Below, piece after piece: positions 30,404 to 39,960 of a stretch of 64,000 nt of DNA; position 1 is the stretch's first letter, and every line of letters starts with the position of its first letter. The notes below the pieces were generated by a model. The model saw only the letters and a list, made by a program, of their open reading frames with translations, did no database searches and was not told where the DNA came from. The stretch lies in IMG/VR virus record IMGVR_UViG_3300047476_001246. One strand, written 5' to 3'. The position numbers were made by a program, and so were the translations under genes. Source of the stretch: a virus.

Positions 30404-31504
30404 TTAATGATATATTTGATTGTATATTGCTAACAATTCGTTGGCATAAACTGCATGCTGACGTGGGCCAGGATGATGAGCACCCTGAACTAACGAAGGA
30501 TCAATCGACGGGTCATCATTATTAACATCGGTATAACTACGAATTACTATATCGGCCCATGGATACTCCGGACGTATCACAAACAGTCTTGGATCGTTCT
30601 TGCTGATAATGTACTGAATCATTTTTCCCATGTGATTCAAATACGGAGCATCTATATCAGCAAAGTATCCCATTAAATATTCAACTTCCAGTTGATTTAA
30701 ATGATTAACAACTTGTTCAATGTGATTCCATGAATCATATAAACTGTGATCTGAAAGCAAAAATGATTCTGATATCATACGCTTCACATGAGATATTTTT
30801 TGACCGTTCGAAAACAGACTTTTGATTGACGTTTTTTGAGATTGATCAAGCAAGTGAATACTAATGGGCCACACACGCTCATCGGTGTATATAGTAGCAC
30901 GAGCAGTTCCGGTGATGCCCCATAATACAATGTCTCCTGCCCGTATGTCTGATTTAAGTATTTGATCGGCAGCCCATTGATTTGATGCACCGGTCATTGA
31001 TAAAAATGAAACTGGCAATCCAAGCTTGTCGGCAAATTGCTGACCAAATCTCAAGTTAACATCATCGAGTCCGTGCCCGTGTGCAAAACTGCACCCCACA
31101 ACCCAGACTTGTTTGCCATCAGTTTGTCTTTGTGCAACCGGATCTAATAAGGAAGGCCTAACAAATTTTGTAGGCTCATAATCTACAGCCCCTCTACCGT
31201 ACTCACCGGCCTTGAGCATTTTAACTGGTCTGCAGGTGTTTATGTACTCTAGCCATCCAATAGTGTGATGCTTGGTATCTTCAGATCTCCATGTTGTGGG
31301 CTGTACAAAGATTAATTCTTTACAACTGTAAAGAATATCATATAATTTTTTTGGAGGAAAATCATTCGTATGCAAATACACAGTATCACTGATCTTCCTA
31401 CCATATTCTTTATACGGTATAGCCAATCGATTAATACTGTGTACTAGAACACGAAAAGAAGTGGTATCATCCCCAACATACACTGTCAAGTCTTCGACCA
31501 TCAT
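30404..31504 (-). CDS. SGNH-like protein (GCS variant) with an N-terminal extension; tandem paralog of 29756-30403
   Basis: VGCSFAHG, TGASNQWAADQIL, HPGPRQH. Confidence 0.5.
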   Translation of the reverse strand: MMVEDLTVYVGDDTTSFRVLVHSINRLAIPYKEYGRKISDTVYLHTNDFPPKKLYDILYSCKELIFVQPTTWRSEDTKHHTIGWLEYINTCRPVKMLKAGEYGRGAVDYEPTKFVRPSLLDPVAQRQTDGKQVWVVGCSFAHGHGLDDVNLRFGQQFADKLGLPVSFLSMTGASNQWAADQILKSDIRAGDIVLWGITGTARATIYTDERVWPISIHLLDQSQKTSIKSLFSNGQKISHVKRMISESFLLSDHSLYDSWNHIEQVVNHLNQLEVEYLMGYFADIDAPYLNHMGKMIQYIISKNDPRLFVIRPEYPWADIVIRSYTDVNNDDPSIDPSLVQGAHHPGPRQHAVYANELLAIYNQIYH

Positions 31505-32418
31505 ACTGCCATCTTGGCCTTAATAGCGTCGTGCGATTGATAATTTTCTAATCTGATATCAGCCATAGTAAACTGAGTAATATCAGTAATCTCAGGATTG
31601 AGGTACAATTGCGGTGCAGGAAATGGTTCACGTGTCAACTGTTCTTTGACCTGCTCCACATGGTCTAGGTATATGTGTGCATCGCCTAGAACGTGAACGA
31701 ACTCGCCGACTTTTAAACCGCACACTTGTGCTATCATAGCCGTTAATAGGCTATAGCTGGCGACATTGAACGGTACACCTAGAAACATGTCGCAACTTCT
31801 TTGATACATCTGGCAGCTGAGTCTACCATCTGCTACATAAAACTGTGCAAAGCAGTGACACGGGGGCAGAGCCATGGCATCTAATTCTCCAGGGTTCCAC
31901 GCTGATAATATATGTCTTCGTCCGTATGGGTCTGCTTTAATTCCGTCGATTAGTAATCTTAGTTGATCGACTTCTCGTACTTCTATGTTATTACCTGTTC
32001 TGCGATACGTGCTGCCAAAACTGTCTTTGAATGTACCTTCGGTTGCCCTGGGTTTAATAGCCCGCCAGTGCCTCCACTGCACGCCGTATACACGACCTAG
32101 ATCGCCATCAAACTTGGCCTGTGGTTTCCAGTAAGGAGCAAGCGCATTAGGAGTCCATATAGTCACTGTGCCGTCTCGGGTGCCGTGTGTAATTTCTGCT
32201 AGTCTACGCTCGTCACCTGATCCTTCGATCATCCAAAGCAACTCACCAACAACACTGCGCCATGCAAGTTTTTTGGTAGTCACAGCCGGGAAATCTTTGG
32301 ACAAATCATAACGCTGCTGCATACCAAATTGAGATATGGTGCCTACACCCGTACGATCATCTCTGCGTGTCCCTGTTTCTAAAACATCACGCAATGCTGT
32401 TAAATATTGTTGTTCCAT
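31501..32418 (-). CDS. thyA: Thymidylate synthase
   Basis: DRTGVGT, GRVYGVQWR, ALPPCH, YQRSCDMFLGVPFN, HIY. Confidence 0.97.
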   Translation of the reverse strand: MEQQYLTALRDVLETGTRRDDRTGVGTISQFGMQQRYDLSKDFPAVTTKKLAWRSVVGELLWMIEGSGDERRLAEITHGTRDGTVTIWTPNALAPYWKPQAKFDGDLGRVYGVQWRHWRAIKPRATEGTFKDSFGSTYRRTGNNIEVREVDQLRLLIDGIKADPYGRRHILSAWNPGELDAMALPPCHCFAQFYVADGRLSCQMYQRSCDMFLGVPFNVASYSLLTAMIAQVCGLKVGEFVHVLGDAHIYLDHVEQVKEQLTREPFPAPQLYLNPEITDITQFTMADIRLENYQSHDAIKAKMAV

Positions 32419-32928
32419 TTATAAAGGTCTAAAAATATCTACATTTTTGTAGATACTAAAGTTTAACATTTTATCGCTGCTAGGTCTACTGCTTGTGATT
32501 CTCATTCCAGTCATAAACGCTCGCATGTCGATTCTTACATCCGAAAAGGCAGCACCTTTTCTGTGAGTAATATAAGCATAGTCTATTAGGTCTTTACAGT
32601 CCATAATAAGATCTGGTCCGCCTAATATGAAGATATTTTTAGTTGGAAACAATGTTTGTAGTTCTCGAATTTGTTTTTTGTAATCCCCGTGTAATCGACG
32701 AACACTGGGATATCCAACAATTGGTTTACTGCTAACTACACAATTAATTCTATTTGGTAATGGTTTCGTCATTTTGGGATCATCCCAAGTTCTTCGTCCC
32801 ATTACAACAATTTGATCGTGTGTATGTTCGCGAAACCAAGCCATATCTTCGGGATCAAATGGCCAAGGTAAGGTGCCACGATTACCAAATGTGCCTGCTT
32901 GGTCTGTGGCAAATATCGTACAAATCAT
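32419..32928 (-). CDS. folA: Dihydrofolate reductase
   Basis: GTLPWP..EDMAWF, VVMGRRTW, PLPNRIN, ILGG; adjacent to thyA. Confidence 0.9.
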   Translation of the reverse strand: MICTIFATDQAGTFGNRGTLPWPFDPEDMAWFREHTHDQIVVMGRRTWDDPKMTKPLPNRINCVVSSKPIVGYPSVRRLHGDYKKQIRELQTLFPTKNIFILGGPDLIMDCKDLIDYAYITHRKGAAFSDVRIDMRAFMTGMRITSSRPSSDKMLNFSIYKNVDIFRPL

Positions 32929-33266
32929 AAATTTTTTAGAATATTATCTGTGGCAGGCTGAACAACTTTAGCGACTGCCTTGACACTTATATAAAAATCA
33001 ATGTCATTGATAATGTGATCCAATGCGCTCAACTTTGTCTTGATCATTTTTTCAAGTTCGTTGGGATCATTGCCCTCATCTAATAGTTCTTTGATATTGA
33101 TACTTACTTCTGTGCCATCAGTTAGATTGACGCTCATACTTTCAAGCATGGCGATGGGAATTTCTTTTTTCTCTACAGATCGTAAAATTGATTCCCATTG
33201 CGCCTTGCTATTGAGATTAAGCCGCTTGCTTTTTGCTCGAGGTTTTTTTGGTTTTTGTTCCGGCAT
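32925..33266 (-). CDS. Hypothetical protein
   Basis: 113 aa ORF in the operon. Confidence 0.7.
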   Translation of the reverse strand: MPEQKPKKPRAKSKRLNLNSKAQWESILRSVEKKEIPIAMLESMSVNLTDGTEVSINIKELLDEGNDPNELEKMIKTKLSALDHIINDIDFYISVKAVAKVVQPATDNILKNL

Positions 33267-33906
33267 CTTCGGCTCTTGGAGTTAGGCTTTCTGCTTCTGC
33301 TTTTAAACGTGCAGCTTCGGCTAGTAATTGCTGTGCTGTAGCTTCCATCTTGGCTGCTTGTTCAACTCGTTGAGCAGCAAGATCACTATCACTAAGCATG
33401 CCTGCTAGCATTTCTGCTGCACTGGTATTTCCTTGTGCTTCGCGAGTACGCTTTTCTCCTAGTTCTTGAATTTCTGCACGCCGTGGCGGAGTGTTATTTT
33501 TCTTACCAGTTAACCCTCTATTGGCATCAAGATTTTGTAGACGTTCCATTGCTTCTTGACCTTTGGCCATTTCGTCTAGAATGTCATTGAGTTCGTCAAG
33601 TCTTACACTACTAGTAGTGGTAGGTGTGACTAACACTTGATTGGTAGGAACTTTCTTCATTAAACCGTTGCGATGAAGACTTTCTAAACAGTTGGTACCG
33701 TCTGCCATTACGGTTCTGAATAATACATCAGAAATTTCTACTGCGGCTTGACCTTGCGGACTTTCAACAGCTCGCATAACTTCATCGTGTACCAGTCGCG
33801 GAAGTAGATCGCTATAAACTACTAGAGCCATGTGCTCTAGATCTGGTATTTTTCTAAAAATGATTACACATCTTTTATCGTTGTGTTTGCCAACGTGCTT
33901 TAACAT
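33217..33906 (-). CDS. Hypothetical protein with a coiled-coil C-terminus
   Basis: 229 aa ORF with an AGGAG RBS. Confidence 0.75.
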   Translation of the reverse strand: MLKHVGKHNDKRCVIIFRKIPDLEHMALVVYSDLLPRLVHDEVMRAVESPQGQAAVEISDVLFRTVMADGTNCLESLHRNGLMKKVPTNQVLVTPTTTSSVRLDELNDILDEMAKGQEAMERLQNLDANRGLTGKKNNTPPRRAEIQELGEKRTREAQGNTSAAEMLAGMLSDSDLAAQRVEQAAKMEATAQQLLAEAARLKAEAESLTPRAEDAGTKTKKTSSKKQAA

Positions 33907-33920
33907 ACTATTCTCCTAGA

Positions 33921-34148
33921 TTAATTTGAGGCAGACTGATCTGGTTGTTCGTTGATTACCGGTGGATTCACTGGTTTCAGTGCGCCACTTGCTTCTAAGA
34001 ATTTAACCAATTTTTGATATACAGCGCCAACTTCGGCCATTTCTTCTGCACGAACAGCGCCGCGTTCAGCAGACGCACGTATAAGATTTAGCAGTAATAC
34101 TAAATCAGCTAGTGCAAGACTTGGAATTTCTGGTTGTGTTTGATCCAT
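33921..34148 (-). CDS. Hypothetical protein
   Basis: 75 aa ORF with a GGAG RBS. Confidence 0.7.
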   Translation of the reverse strand: MDQTQPEIPSLALADLVLLLNLIRASAERGAVRAEEMAEVGAVYQKLVKFLEASGALKPVNPPVINEQPDQSASN

Positions 34149-34158
34149 TGTATCTCCG

Positions 34159-34178
34159 TAAATAACTATAGTTATTTA
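34159..34178. promoter_or_regulatory. Perfect 20-bp palindrome carrying TAAATA on both strands
   Basis: TAAATAACTATAGTTATTTA in an intergenic gap. Confidence 0.55.
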
Positions 34179-34205
34179 ACCAAGTAAAATACAACAGAAT
34201 TTTTT

Positions 34206-34499
34206 TTAGAGATGATAATTGACAGAATTGATTTGATCTAGGCAAAGAGCAAACATACTTGCTTCGCCGGGTAATTCAAAACCCACGCAATTGGTAAATT
34301 CACATTTACCAAAATCATTTACGTAGTATTCTTCGCCAATCCAAAAACGTCCTTCAAGATTTTCCCAAATCCAATCGGTAATTTTTTTTGGTTGGCTTGT
34401 TCTAAGTTCAAATTGAACTTTAATAAAATGAGGCGGACAACGGTCTAGTTCTCTTAGACCGTGTACCGACAAAGGATTAGCCTCTCCATTACGTAACAT
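34206..34499 (-). CDS. Hypothetical protein
   Basis: Probable start MLRNGE at 34499, overlapping the end of the upstream gene. Confidence 0.65.
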   Translation of the reverse strand: MLRNGEANPLSVHGLRELDRCPPHFIKVQFELRTSQPKKITDWIWENLEGRFWIGEEYYVNDFGKCEFTNCVGFELPGEASMFALCLDQINSVNYHL

Positions 34500-34776
34500 T
34501 TTTGTTGTCTTTGGTTTCGTCTGTGATGATAGTGATCTTTTGTTGCTCGGCACTCACGCTACTGTCGGGACGTACAATACGATTCTTCAGAAATTCGTTT
34601 GACTGCTCGATCCAGGTACTGAGAATTTCTCGCTGCCCGGTCACTTCAACAATCTCGGCAGCACGAGTGATATCTTCGAGTGCATCCTCGGTCAGTAGCA
34701 AACGTTCTTGCAGATCAGCAATCAGCTGCTTGACTTTTTTGCTTGCTTTAATTTCTTCAAAATTAATTGGTTCCAT
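34489..34776 (-). CDS. Hypothetical protein
   Basis: 95 aa ORF with an AAGGA RBS. Confidence 0.65.
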   Translation of the reverse strand: MEPINFEEIKASKKVKQLIADLQERLLLTEDALEDITRAAEIVEVTGQREILSTWIEQSNEFLKNRIVRPDSSVSAEQQKITIITDETKDNKNVT

Positions 34777-34784
34777 GATATCCT

Positions 34785-35378
34785 TTAAAAGTTGGCTAAT
34801 GCTACTGTGTTCATATTGTTATTATACACTATCTTCCAATTATGTTCAAGCAAAAAAGGAACAGCGGTTCCGCCTTTGCCATTCCATGCATACCCATTAT
34901 AAAACGTATCGTCAAGATGGATAATACATTTGTCCGCACAAAACGGTAATAGCAATTTGGTTTGGGTCAAGTGAGCCAATTTGCTATTTTCATTGTTCAT
35001 GTCTATACCGTATTTGGCATATTGTTTCTTTTGCTCAACATGCCACCATTGTTCATTGTCAGGATCATAATTAAAATCAAAGTTGTCAAGATACGCATAA
35101 CAAATTTTTTCGTTTAATGCAGGAAATACCGATTGTAAAAATTCTTCGCCAGTCATCATGTAAGCAAAAGAATTTTCAATCTGATCTGCATACGCTTGGG
35201 CAACAGTATAAGGTTCACGATCAAAATCAACAGCATGATGCCGGAACTTTTTTACACCAACAACTAGTCCGGCGTAAAAGTCTGTAGAACCTTCACCGCG
35301 TCCGCAACCAATTTCTACAATTGAACCTTCTAGTACTGCTAGATGTTGAAGTATATAATGATGACCACGAGCACCCAT
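34785..35378 (-). CDS. Class I SAM-dependent methyltransferase-like protein
   Basis: IVEIGCGRGEGST (motif I), YLDN, LDDT..GKG. Confidence 0.6.
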   Translation of the reverse strand: MGARGHHYILQHLAVLEGSIVEIGCGRGEGSTDFYAGLVVGVKKFRHHAVDFDREPYTVAQAYADQIENSFAYMMTGEEFLQSVFPALNEKICYAYLDNFDFNYDPDNEQWWHVEQKKQYAKYGIDMNNENSKLAHLTQTKLLLPFCADKCIIHLDDTFYNGYAWNGKGGTAVPFLLEHNWKIVYNNNMNTVALANF

Positions 35379-35773
35379 TAGGCATTTTCCTGTTTGAGTA
35401 TTTTAAATGTTTCTGCTTTGGCTTTATTGTATTTGATCCGCTCTTGTCTAGCAACTTCTTTCACTTCATATTGTTCGCGTCGTTTATCGCTCATGGCACC
35501 AAGATAACTGTCATATTGTCTTGCCCAATCCAAACCTTTGATCCAGTATTCAAGCTCAACAAGATTGCCAGTGAATAAACAAGCGTCGCGAGTATATATT
35601 GGCAAGCGATCATCCTTAGGATACAATGCTATATTGTCCATATTATCAGTTTCGCCATAGGCAGCATACGCCGGCTTACCCATGCGAAAGCCAAGACGAT
35701 CTACCACTTCACGGACACGATCGATACGTTCAATCATGTTCATACCAACAGCGACACCAATATGCTTACTCAT
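35378..35773 (-). CDS. Hypothetical protein
   Basis: 131 aa ORF in the operon. Confidence 0.65.
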   Translation of the reverse strand: MSKHIGVAVGMNMIERIDRVREVVDRLGFRMGKPAYAAYGETDNMDNIALYPKDDRLPIYTRDACLFTGNLVELEYWIKGLDWARQYDSYLGAMSDKRREQYEVKEVARQERIKYNKAKAETFKILKQENA

Positions 35774-35996
35774 GATTGTTTAGTTGTTCTTTCCAGTTGA
35801 AACCAACATAGTATTCGAGGAGCGTCTCCATAGCATTACGATAACGGTAATTATGATCTAGATCTTGTCGCTGGTATTCTCGAAGTTCTTTTGCAGATTC
35901 TAAGCGATTGATGTCTTGGCACAGGCCTTGATAATCTTGGATTAGGATACTATGCATTAGGCCGTCAACTGCATCATTAGTTAACTCCACTTTCAT
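35766..35996 (-). CDS. Hypothetical protein
   Basis: 76 aa ORF with an ATGA overlap. Confidence 0.65.
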   Translation of the reverse strand: MKVELTNDAVDGLMHSILIQDYQGLCQDINRLESAKELREYQRQDLDHNYRYRNAMETLLEYYVGFNWKEQLNNHE

Positions 35997-36166
35997 CGTG
36001 CCATCCTTTCTTTTCTACAAGCTTCTTTCATCTCATTGGTATAGTCTGGACTGATTTCTGCAATGCTGCAATCAATTACACGTCGATCGCTGGGGAAATA
36101 GGCTAAGGCAAGTATTACACCCGCTGCTATGGCTAGCATGGCCAAAATAAATTCTTTACTAATCAT
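35993..36166 (-). CDS. Small membrane-anchored protein
   Basis: Start MISKEF via ATGA overlap; one hydrophobic helix and two Cys. Confidence 0.6.
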   Translation of the reverse strand: MISKEFILAMLAIAAGVILALAYFPSDRRVIDCSIAEISPDYTNEMKEACRKERMAR

Positions 36167-36309
36167 CGGCATATCTCCTTGATTTCTTCTACGGATTTGC
36201 CTATCTTGGCCATCTCCACACGACAATCTTGTTTGTGATACTCGCTATAGCCAAGTCCAATAAACGGAATTATAACAAAAGCTGCAATTAGTATCATAAA
36301 CCATTTCAT
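36163..36309 (-). CDS. Small membrane-anchored protein (48 aa, MKWFMILIAAFVIIPFIGLGYSEYHKQDCRVEMAKIGKSVEEIKEICR), absent from the ORF track
   Basis: Translated by hand; its stop overlaps the next ATG. Confidence 0.65.
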   Translation of the reverse strand: MKWFMILIAAFVIIPFIGLGYSEYHKQDCRVEMAKIGKSVEEIKEICR

Positions 36310-36310
36310 A

Positions 36311-36583
36311 TCACTGTCCATCAATCTTCTCCTTCTTTAGGATGTCAAATACTCGTTCATCGTGCTTGACAAAATCTCGCCATATATTACGAGCACCCCA
36401 AGCCATAAAAGCCAACATAGCCAAAGCATTTACTGCAATAGCTATACCCCAAAAGACATTACGAGTTGGTCCTTCGCCTGCTGTAAGGCCTGCTGCTAAA
36501 CTAAATGAAGTAATAAACATTACAGCTTCGAACCAACCGCATTTACTTACAAACCACTTAACAAAACGCCATATTCGTTTCAT
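36311..36583 (-). CDS. Membrane protein (two predicted TM helices)
   Basis: 90 aa ORF with two hydrophobic stretches. Confidence 0.65.
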   Translation of the reverse strand: MKRIWRFVKWFVSKCGWFEAVMFITSFSLAAGLTAGEGPTRNVFWGIAIAVNALAMLAFMAWGARNIWRDFVKHDERVFDILKKEKIDGQ

Positions 36584-37842
36584 TATTTGCCTCCTCGTGC
36601 AGCTTCTTCATAGTGTGCCCAAATACCCCACGGTGGCTCACAACCCGGGTTGCCTTTAATGATCCATACTGTTTCGCAGTACTCTTCTTCGCCCCACTCG
36701 CCAAACGGCATACCGTCAGTAAACATAATGAACTTTTTAGGTTCAATGTTGTTTTCTTTCATAAACTCCCAGTTAGCCATAAAGTCGGTACCACCACCGC
36801 CCATGGGCTCGTATTCCATAATGTCATCAATGTTGTCGCTAGTAAAAGTTTTGACATTGTAAATCTCAGTATCAAAGCACCACAGCGTGATCTTGTACTC
36901 ATCGAACGCCTCCATGATGCCTTTGATCTCACCCAGGAACGCACGACTGTCTTCTTCACTAATGGATCCAGACTGGTCCAATGCAATACAGATATCAATC
37001 ATGTCACCAGGTTTGAGACCAGGCATAATAGCATCCATGTGCCAGCCTCGACGACTTGGACGAGCCCAAGTATAATCGTTTTTAATTACACTTGTAATCT
37101 GTTGCTGCAACAATTCTTTCCAACCAATAACAGGTGCAGTGATGTCCTTGAGTAGACGCTTGACACCTGCTGGCAAGTTGCCTGCACCTGCAGCCTGAGC
37201 CGCTGCAATCACAGCACCCTTGATCTCGTCGCGGATAGCTTGTGCTTCTTCTTTGCTTAGTTTGGGACGACCTTTGCCGTCTTTGCTCTCACCATCGCCG
37301 TCGCCGTCATCATCTTCAAGGTGATCATCAAGAACCATTTGCTCAAGTTGGTCCATGTTGAGCTTGTCTGCATTTTCATACAGATAGTCATAGACCTCTT
37401 CGTAGCTCTGTCCTTTAAATTTTGCATCATAAAGAATTGGCACTACTGAGATCTTTTCACCAATACGCTGGTCCACCAGGTCCTGGTTAACACAGTAGTC
37501 GGCAGCAATATTGCTCAGACGCGGCATGCGATCTCCGCGTCGACCCATGTGATCATAAACCGCATGTAGAATCTCGTGTCCGACTAGGAACTCGAGCTGT
37601 TTAAGCGGCATCTTGTTTACAAACTCGCTATTGTAATAGAACTTGCGTCCGTCTGTTGCCGCAGTCGAGCACCACTCGTCTGCGTTGGTCAGTGTCATTC
37701 TAGTAGCCAACTGTCCAAAGAACGGAGCCTTTAGCAGCAAGCCAATACGTGCTGTGGTAAGTTTTTCGCGAGCCGCCGCATCGGTGCGCGGATCGGTTAT
37801 AGTGACTGCCTTTGCTTTATCAATTACGGTTGAATCTGCCAT
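36583..37842 (-). CDS. Metallopeptidase-like (HExxH) plus vWA domain protein, MoxR partner (DUF2201-like)
   Basis: TAATDG, HEILH, MIDAS motif DQSGS, GGGTDF, FTDG. Confidence 0.85.
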   Translation of the reverse strand: MADSTVIDKAKAVTITDPRTDAAAREKLTTARIGLLLKAPFFGQLATRMTLTNADEWCSTAATDGRKFYYNSEFVNKMPLKQLEFLVGHEILHAVYDHMGRRGDRMPRLSNIAADYCVNQDLVDQRIGEKISVVPILYDAKFKGQSYEEVYDYLYENADKLNMDQLEQMVLDDHLEDDDGDGDGESKDGKGRPKLSKEEAQAIRDEIKGAVIAAAQAAGAGNLPAGVKRLLKDITAPVIGWKELLQQQITSVIKNDYTWARPSRRGWHMDAIMPGLKPGDMIDICIALDQSGSISEEDSRAFLGEIKGIMEAFDEYKITLWCFDTEIYNVKTFTSDNIDDIMEYEPMGGGGTDFMANWEFMKENNIEPKKFIMFTDGMPFGEWGEEEYCETVWIIKGNPGCEPPWGIWAHYEEAARGGK

Positions 37843-37867
37843 TTACATGCTCCTTAACTATGTGTAT

Positions 37868-37896
37868 ATTATAACGCAAACGGGATTTATAGTCAA
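37868..37896 (-). promoter_or_regulatory. Sigma70 early promoter
   Basis: TTGACT-17 bp-TATAAT upstream of the vWA gene. Confidence 0.8.
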
Positions 37897-38237
37897 TTGG
37901 TCCATTTTAATTGTACGTGCGACAACACAGTATCGTCCACAAGGTATATGTATGGGGCAAACTGTTTTGGATCGTAGTACCAAGCCCACCTTGGCGCATT
38001 TGCTTTGCGCTCGGCGAAGCGAGTCTTTGGATTTTCCTCGAACGCCACGTACCTATAAAAATCTCGTTCGCATCCTGGCCCAAACGCTTCCCAGCACCAT
38101 TCTAGCATTTCTTGTTGCTGCCGCGCGAGATCTTGGTGTCTGTTGTACCCATGTATAGAGGATTGAAACTCCAGGCGATACTTAAAAGAGCTGCTACCAG
38201 TGTATCTACCGTCGAGCTTGATAATTACGAATCTCAT
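37893..38237 (-). CDS. Hypothetical protein
   Basis: 114 aa ORF between the MoxR and vWA genes. Confidence 0.65.
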   Translation of the reverse strand: MRFVIIKLDGRYTGSSSFKYRLEFQSSIHGYNRHQDLARQQQEMLEWCWEAFGPGCERDFYRYVAFEENPKTRFAERKANAPRWAWYYDPKQFAPYIYLVDDTVLSHVQLKWTN

Positions 38238-38277
38238 AAAAATAAGGGGGTCTTACGGACCTAGGTCCTGCCCCCGC
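38238..38277 (-). terminator. Probable intrinsic terminator after the MoxR gene
   Basis: GGGGG..GGACCTAGGTCC..CCCCC nested hairpin followed by a T-rich run on the minus strand. Confidence 0.5.
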
Positions 38278-38294
38278 CTCACACGCGATTAAAC

Positions 38295-39401
38295 TTACTT
38301 AGAAGAACCAGCTGCTGCAAGAACATACTTACCAAACCGCTGATGGAACTCATCAAAGCTAGGCATCTTGCCAGGAACCATTGGCAGATTGTATGTGGTC
38401 AGTGCAACACGAGCACCCATCACAGTGACTTCGGTTGTAAAGTTATCCATCATAAAGCGCAGGAAGTTGTCTGCCATTTTATGGAAGTCTACAATCTTGT
38501 CCTTGCCGTTCTTTTGGTAGTAGTCTTGCAACTCGTAGCACATGCTGGTAGTCAGCGAATACATGGCCGAAATCTCTTTGGTCTTGAGTTCTTTGACTTT
38601 GCCTGCCAGAATGTCTTCGGGCTTGGGCAAGTTAGCCGCATGCTTACGATGAGCCATAAACTTGACAGCCGTACCTTCGCCAACACAACCTGCGATAAGG
38701 TCTGTTAGTTCAGCAGCACTGACACCATCGTCGTGGCAGAACTGACTTGCAAAGGTCCACGAACGCGGCGTCGGGAACGAACGACTATTGCTACGCGGAT
38801 CAAAGTCAAACATGTCCGACTTAGCAAAGCTGAGATAACCGACCACGTCCGGGTGGATCTTGTTCTTGACAGCCCAAGTCTGCCACGATTCAAAGTCGGG
38901 ACGAACTTCCAAGTGAACAAAGCGGTTCGCCAGCGGACTAGGCATACGATAAGTGACACCTTTGTCTGAATCGCGGTTGCCGGCTGCAACCATTACAACA
39001 TTGTCCGGCAAATGATACTTGCCGATACGACGGTTAAGAATCAGCTGATACGCTGCCGCTTGTACAGCCGGCGCAGCCGAGTTCAATTCGTCCATAAACA
39101 GAACAACGATTGGGTACTGCGATGCCAGCTCTGTATCCGGCAAGTCAATTGGTGGAGCCCAATCCATTAGGCCTTTGTCTTTGTTAAAGTACGGGATACC
39201 GCGAATGTCAGTGGGTTCCATCTGCGACAAGCGCAGGTCAATCATATAACCACCGAGCTCTTTAGTAATGTCAGCAATCACCTCTGACTTGCCAACACCC
39301 GGCGGACCCCACAAGAACAGCGGACGCTGGTGTTTGAACGAGCGTAGGATACGGCTACGTGCCTCTTCGGGCGTCACCGTGCGAGTTTCAGATACAGCCA
39401 T
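38295..39401 (-). CDS. MoxR-family AAA+ ATPase
   Basis: Walker A GPPGVGKS, Walker B LFMDELN, AAGNR, PLANRF, TPRSW. Confidence 0.9.
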   Translation of the reverse strand: MAVSETRTVTPEEARSRILRSFKHQRPLFLWGPPGVGKSEVIADITKELGGYMIDLRLSQMEPTDIRGIPYFNKDKGLMDWAPPIDLPDTELASQYPIVVLFMDELNSAAPAVQAAAYQLILNRRIGKYHLPDNVVMVAAGNRDSDKGVTYRMPSPLANRFVHLEVRPDFESWQTWAVKNKIHPDVVGYLSFAKSDMFDFDPRSNSRSFPTPRSWTFASQFCHDDGVSAAELTDLIAGCVGEGTAVKFMAHRKHAANLPKPEDILAGKVKELKTKEISAMYSLTTSMCYELQDYYQKNGKDKIVDFHKMADNFLRFMMDNFTTEVTVMGARVALTTYNLPMVPGKMPSFDEFHQRFGKYVLAAAGSSK

Positions 39402-39431
39402 TTAGTTCTCCTTGTTAACGTGTGAAACATT

Positions 39432-39460
39432 ATTATAGTGTATTACAGAATTAATGTCTG
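39432..39460 (-). promoter_or_regulatory. Sigma70 early promoter for the MoxR gene
   Basis: CAGACA-17 bp-TATAAT with an AAGGAG RBS downstream. Confidence 0.65.
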
Positions 39461-39480
39461 TGGCATTTTTGCCACAGACA
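39455..39480. repeat. 11-bp perfect inverted repeat (terminator or operator)
   Basis: TGTCTGTGGCA-TTTT-TGCCACAGACA, overlapping the -35 box. Confidence 0.7.
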
Positions 39481-39489
39481 CCCAACATA

Positions 39490-39885
39490 TTAAATGCCGT
39501 TCTTCTCACGCCATGCATCGGCTTTGACGGTCTTTTCGGCCATCCACTGGTCAAAGAATGCAGCAGCATCCATACCCGGCTTCAATTCAGCAGGCACTGG
39601 TTTGGCTTTGGCGGCAACCACTTTAGTAGTCTTAGCAGCCTTGACTTTGACAACCGCAGGCTTTGCAGCCTTGGCAGCACGAGGTGCTTTGCCAGCAGTG
39701 ATGCCTTTGGTTGCAAGATAAGCCACAGCAGCTTCTTTATCCATTGCTTCTGGCAGTGCAATCATGTTAATGTCTGTGCAACCAAAACGCTCTAGTGCTT
39801 TGGCACGATTAACATCGTTAGCAAATTTGTAAACAGTAGCGCCGTTCTCAACGCAAGTACCCGCAAAAGTAAAAGTCTTAGACAT
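39490..39885 (-). CDS. Hypothetical protein with a Lys/Ala-rich (histone H1-like) linker
   Basis: KAPRAAKAAKPAVVKVKAAKTTKVVAAKAKP; AGGAG RBS. Confidence 0.7.
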   Translation of the reverse strand: MSKTFTFAGTCVENGATVYKFANDVNRAKALERFGCTDINMIALPEAMDKEAAVAYLATKGITAGKAPRAAKAAKPAVVKVKAAKTTKVVAAKAKPVPAELKPGMDAAAFFDQWMAEKTVKADAWREKNGI

Positions 39886-39931
39886 ACACTCTCCTATGAA
39901 TTACGGTTAAAATTAACTACCCAACAGACAT

Positions 39932-39960
39932 AGTATAACAAAATGGGCTTTTTTGGTCTA
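39932..39960 (-). promoter_or_regulatory. Sigma70 early promoter
   Basis: TAGACC-17 bp-TATACT. Confidence 0.6.

Noticed and set aside
31501-32418. thyA as a base-modifying hydroxymethylase (potential partner for the carbamoyltransferase)
   Set aside because: It keeps the canonical dUMP-specific Asn (GVPFN) and sits beside DHFR, so it reads as an ordinary thymidylate synthase
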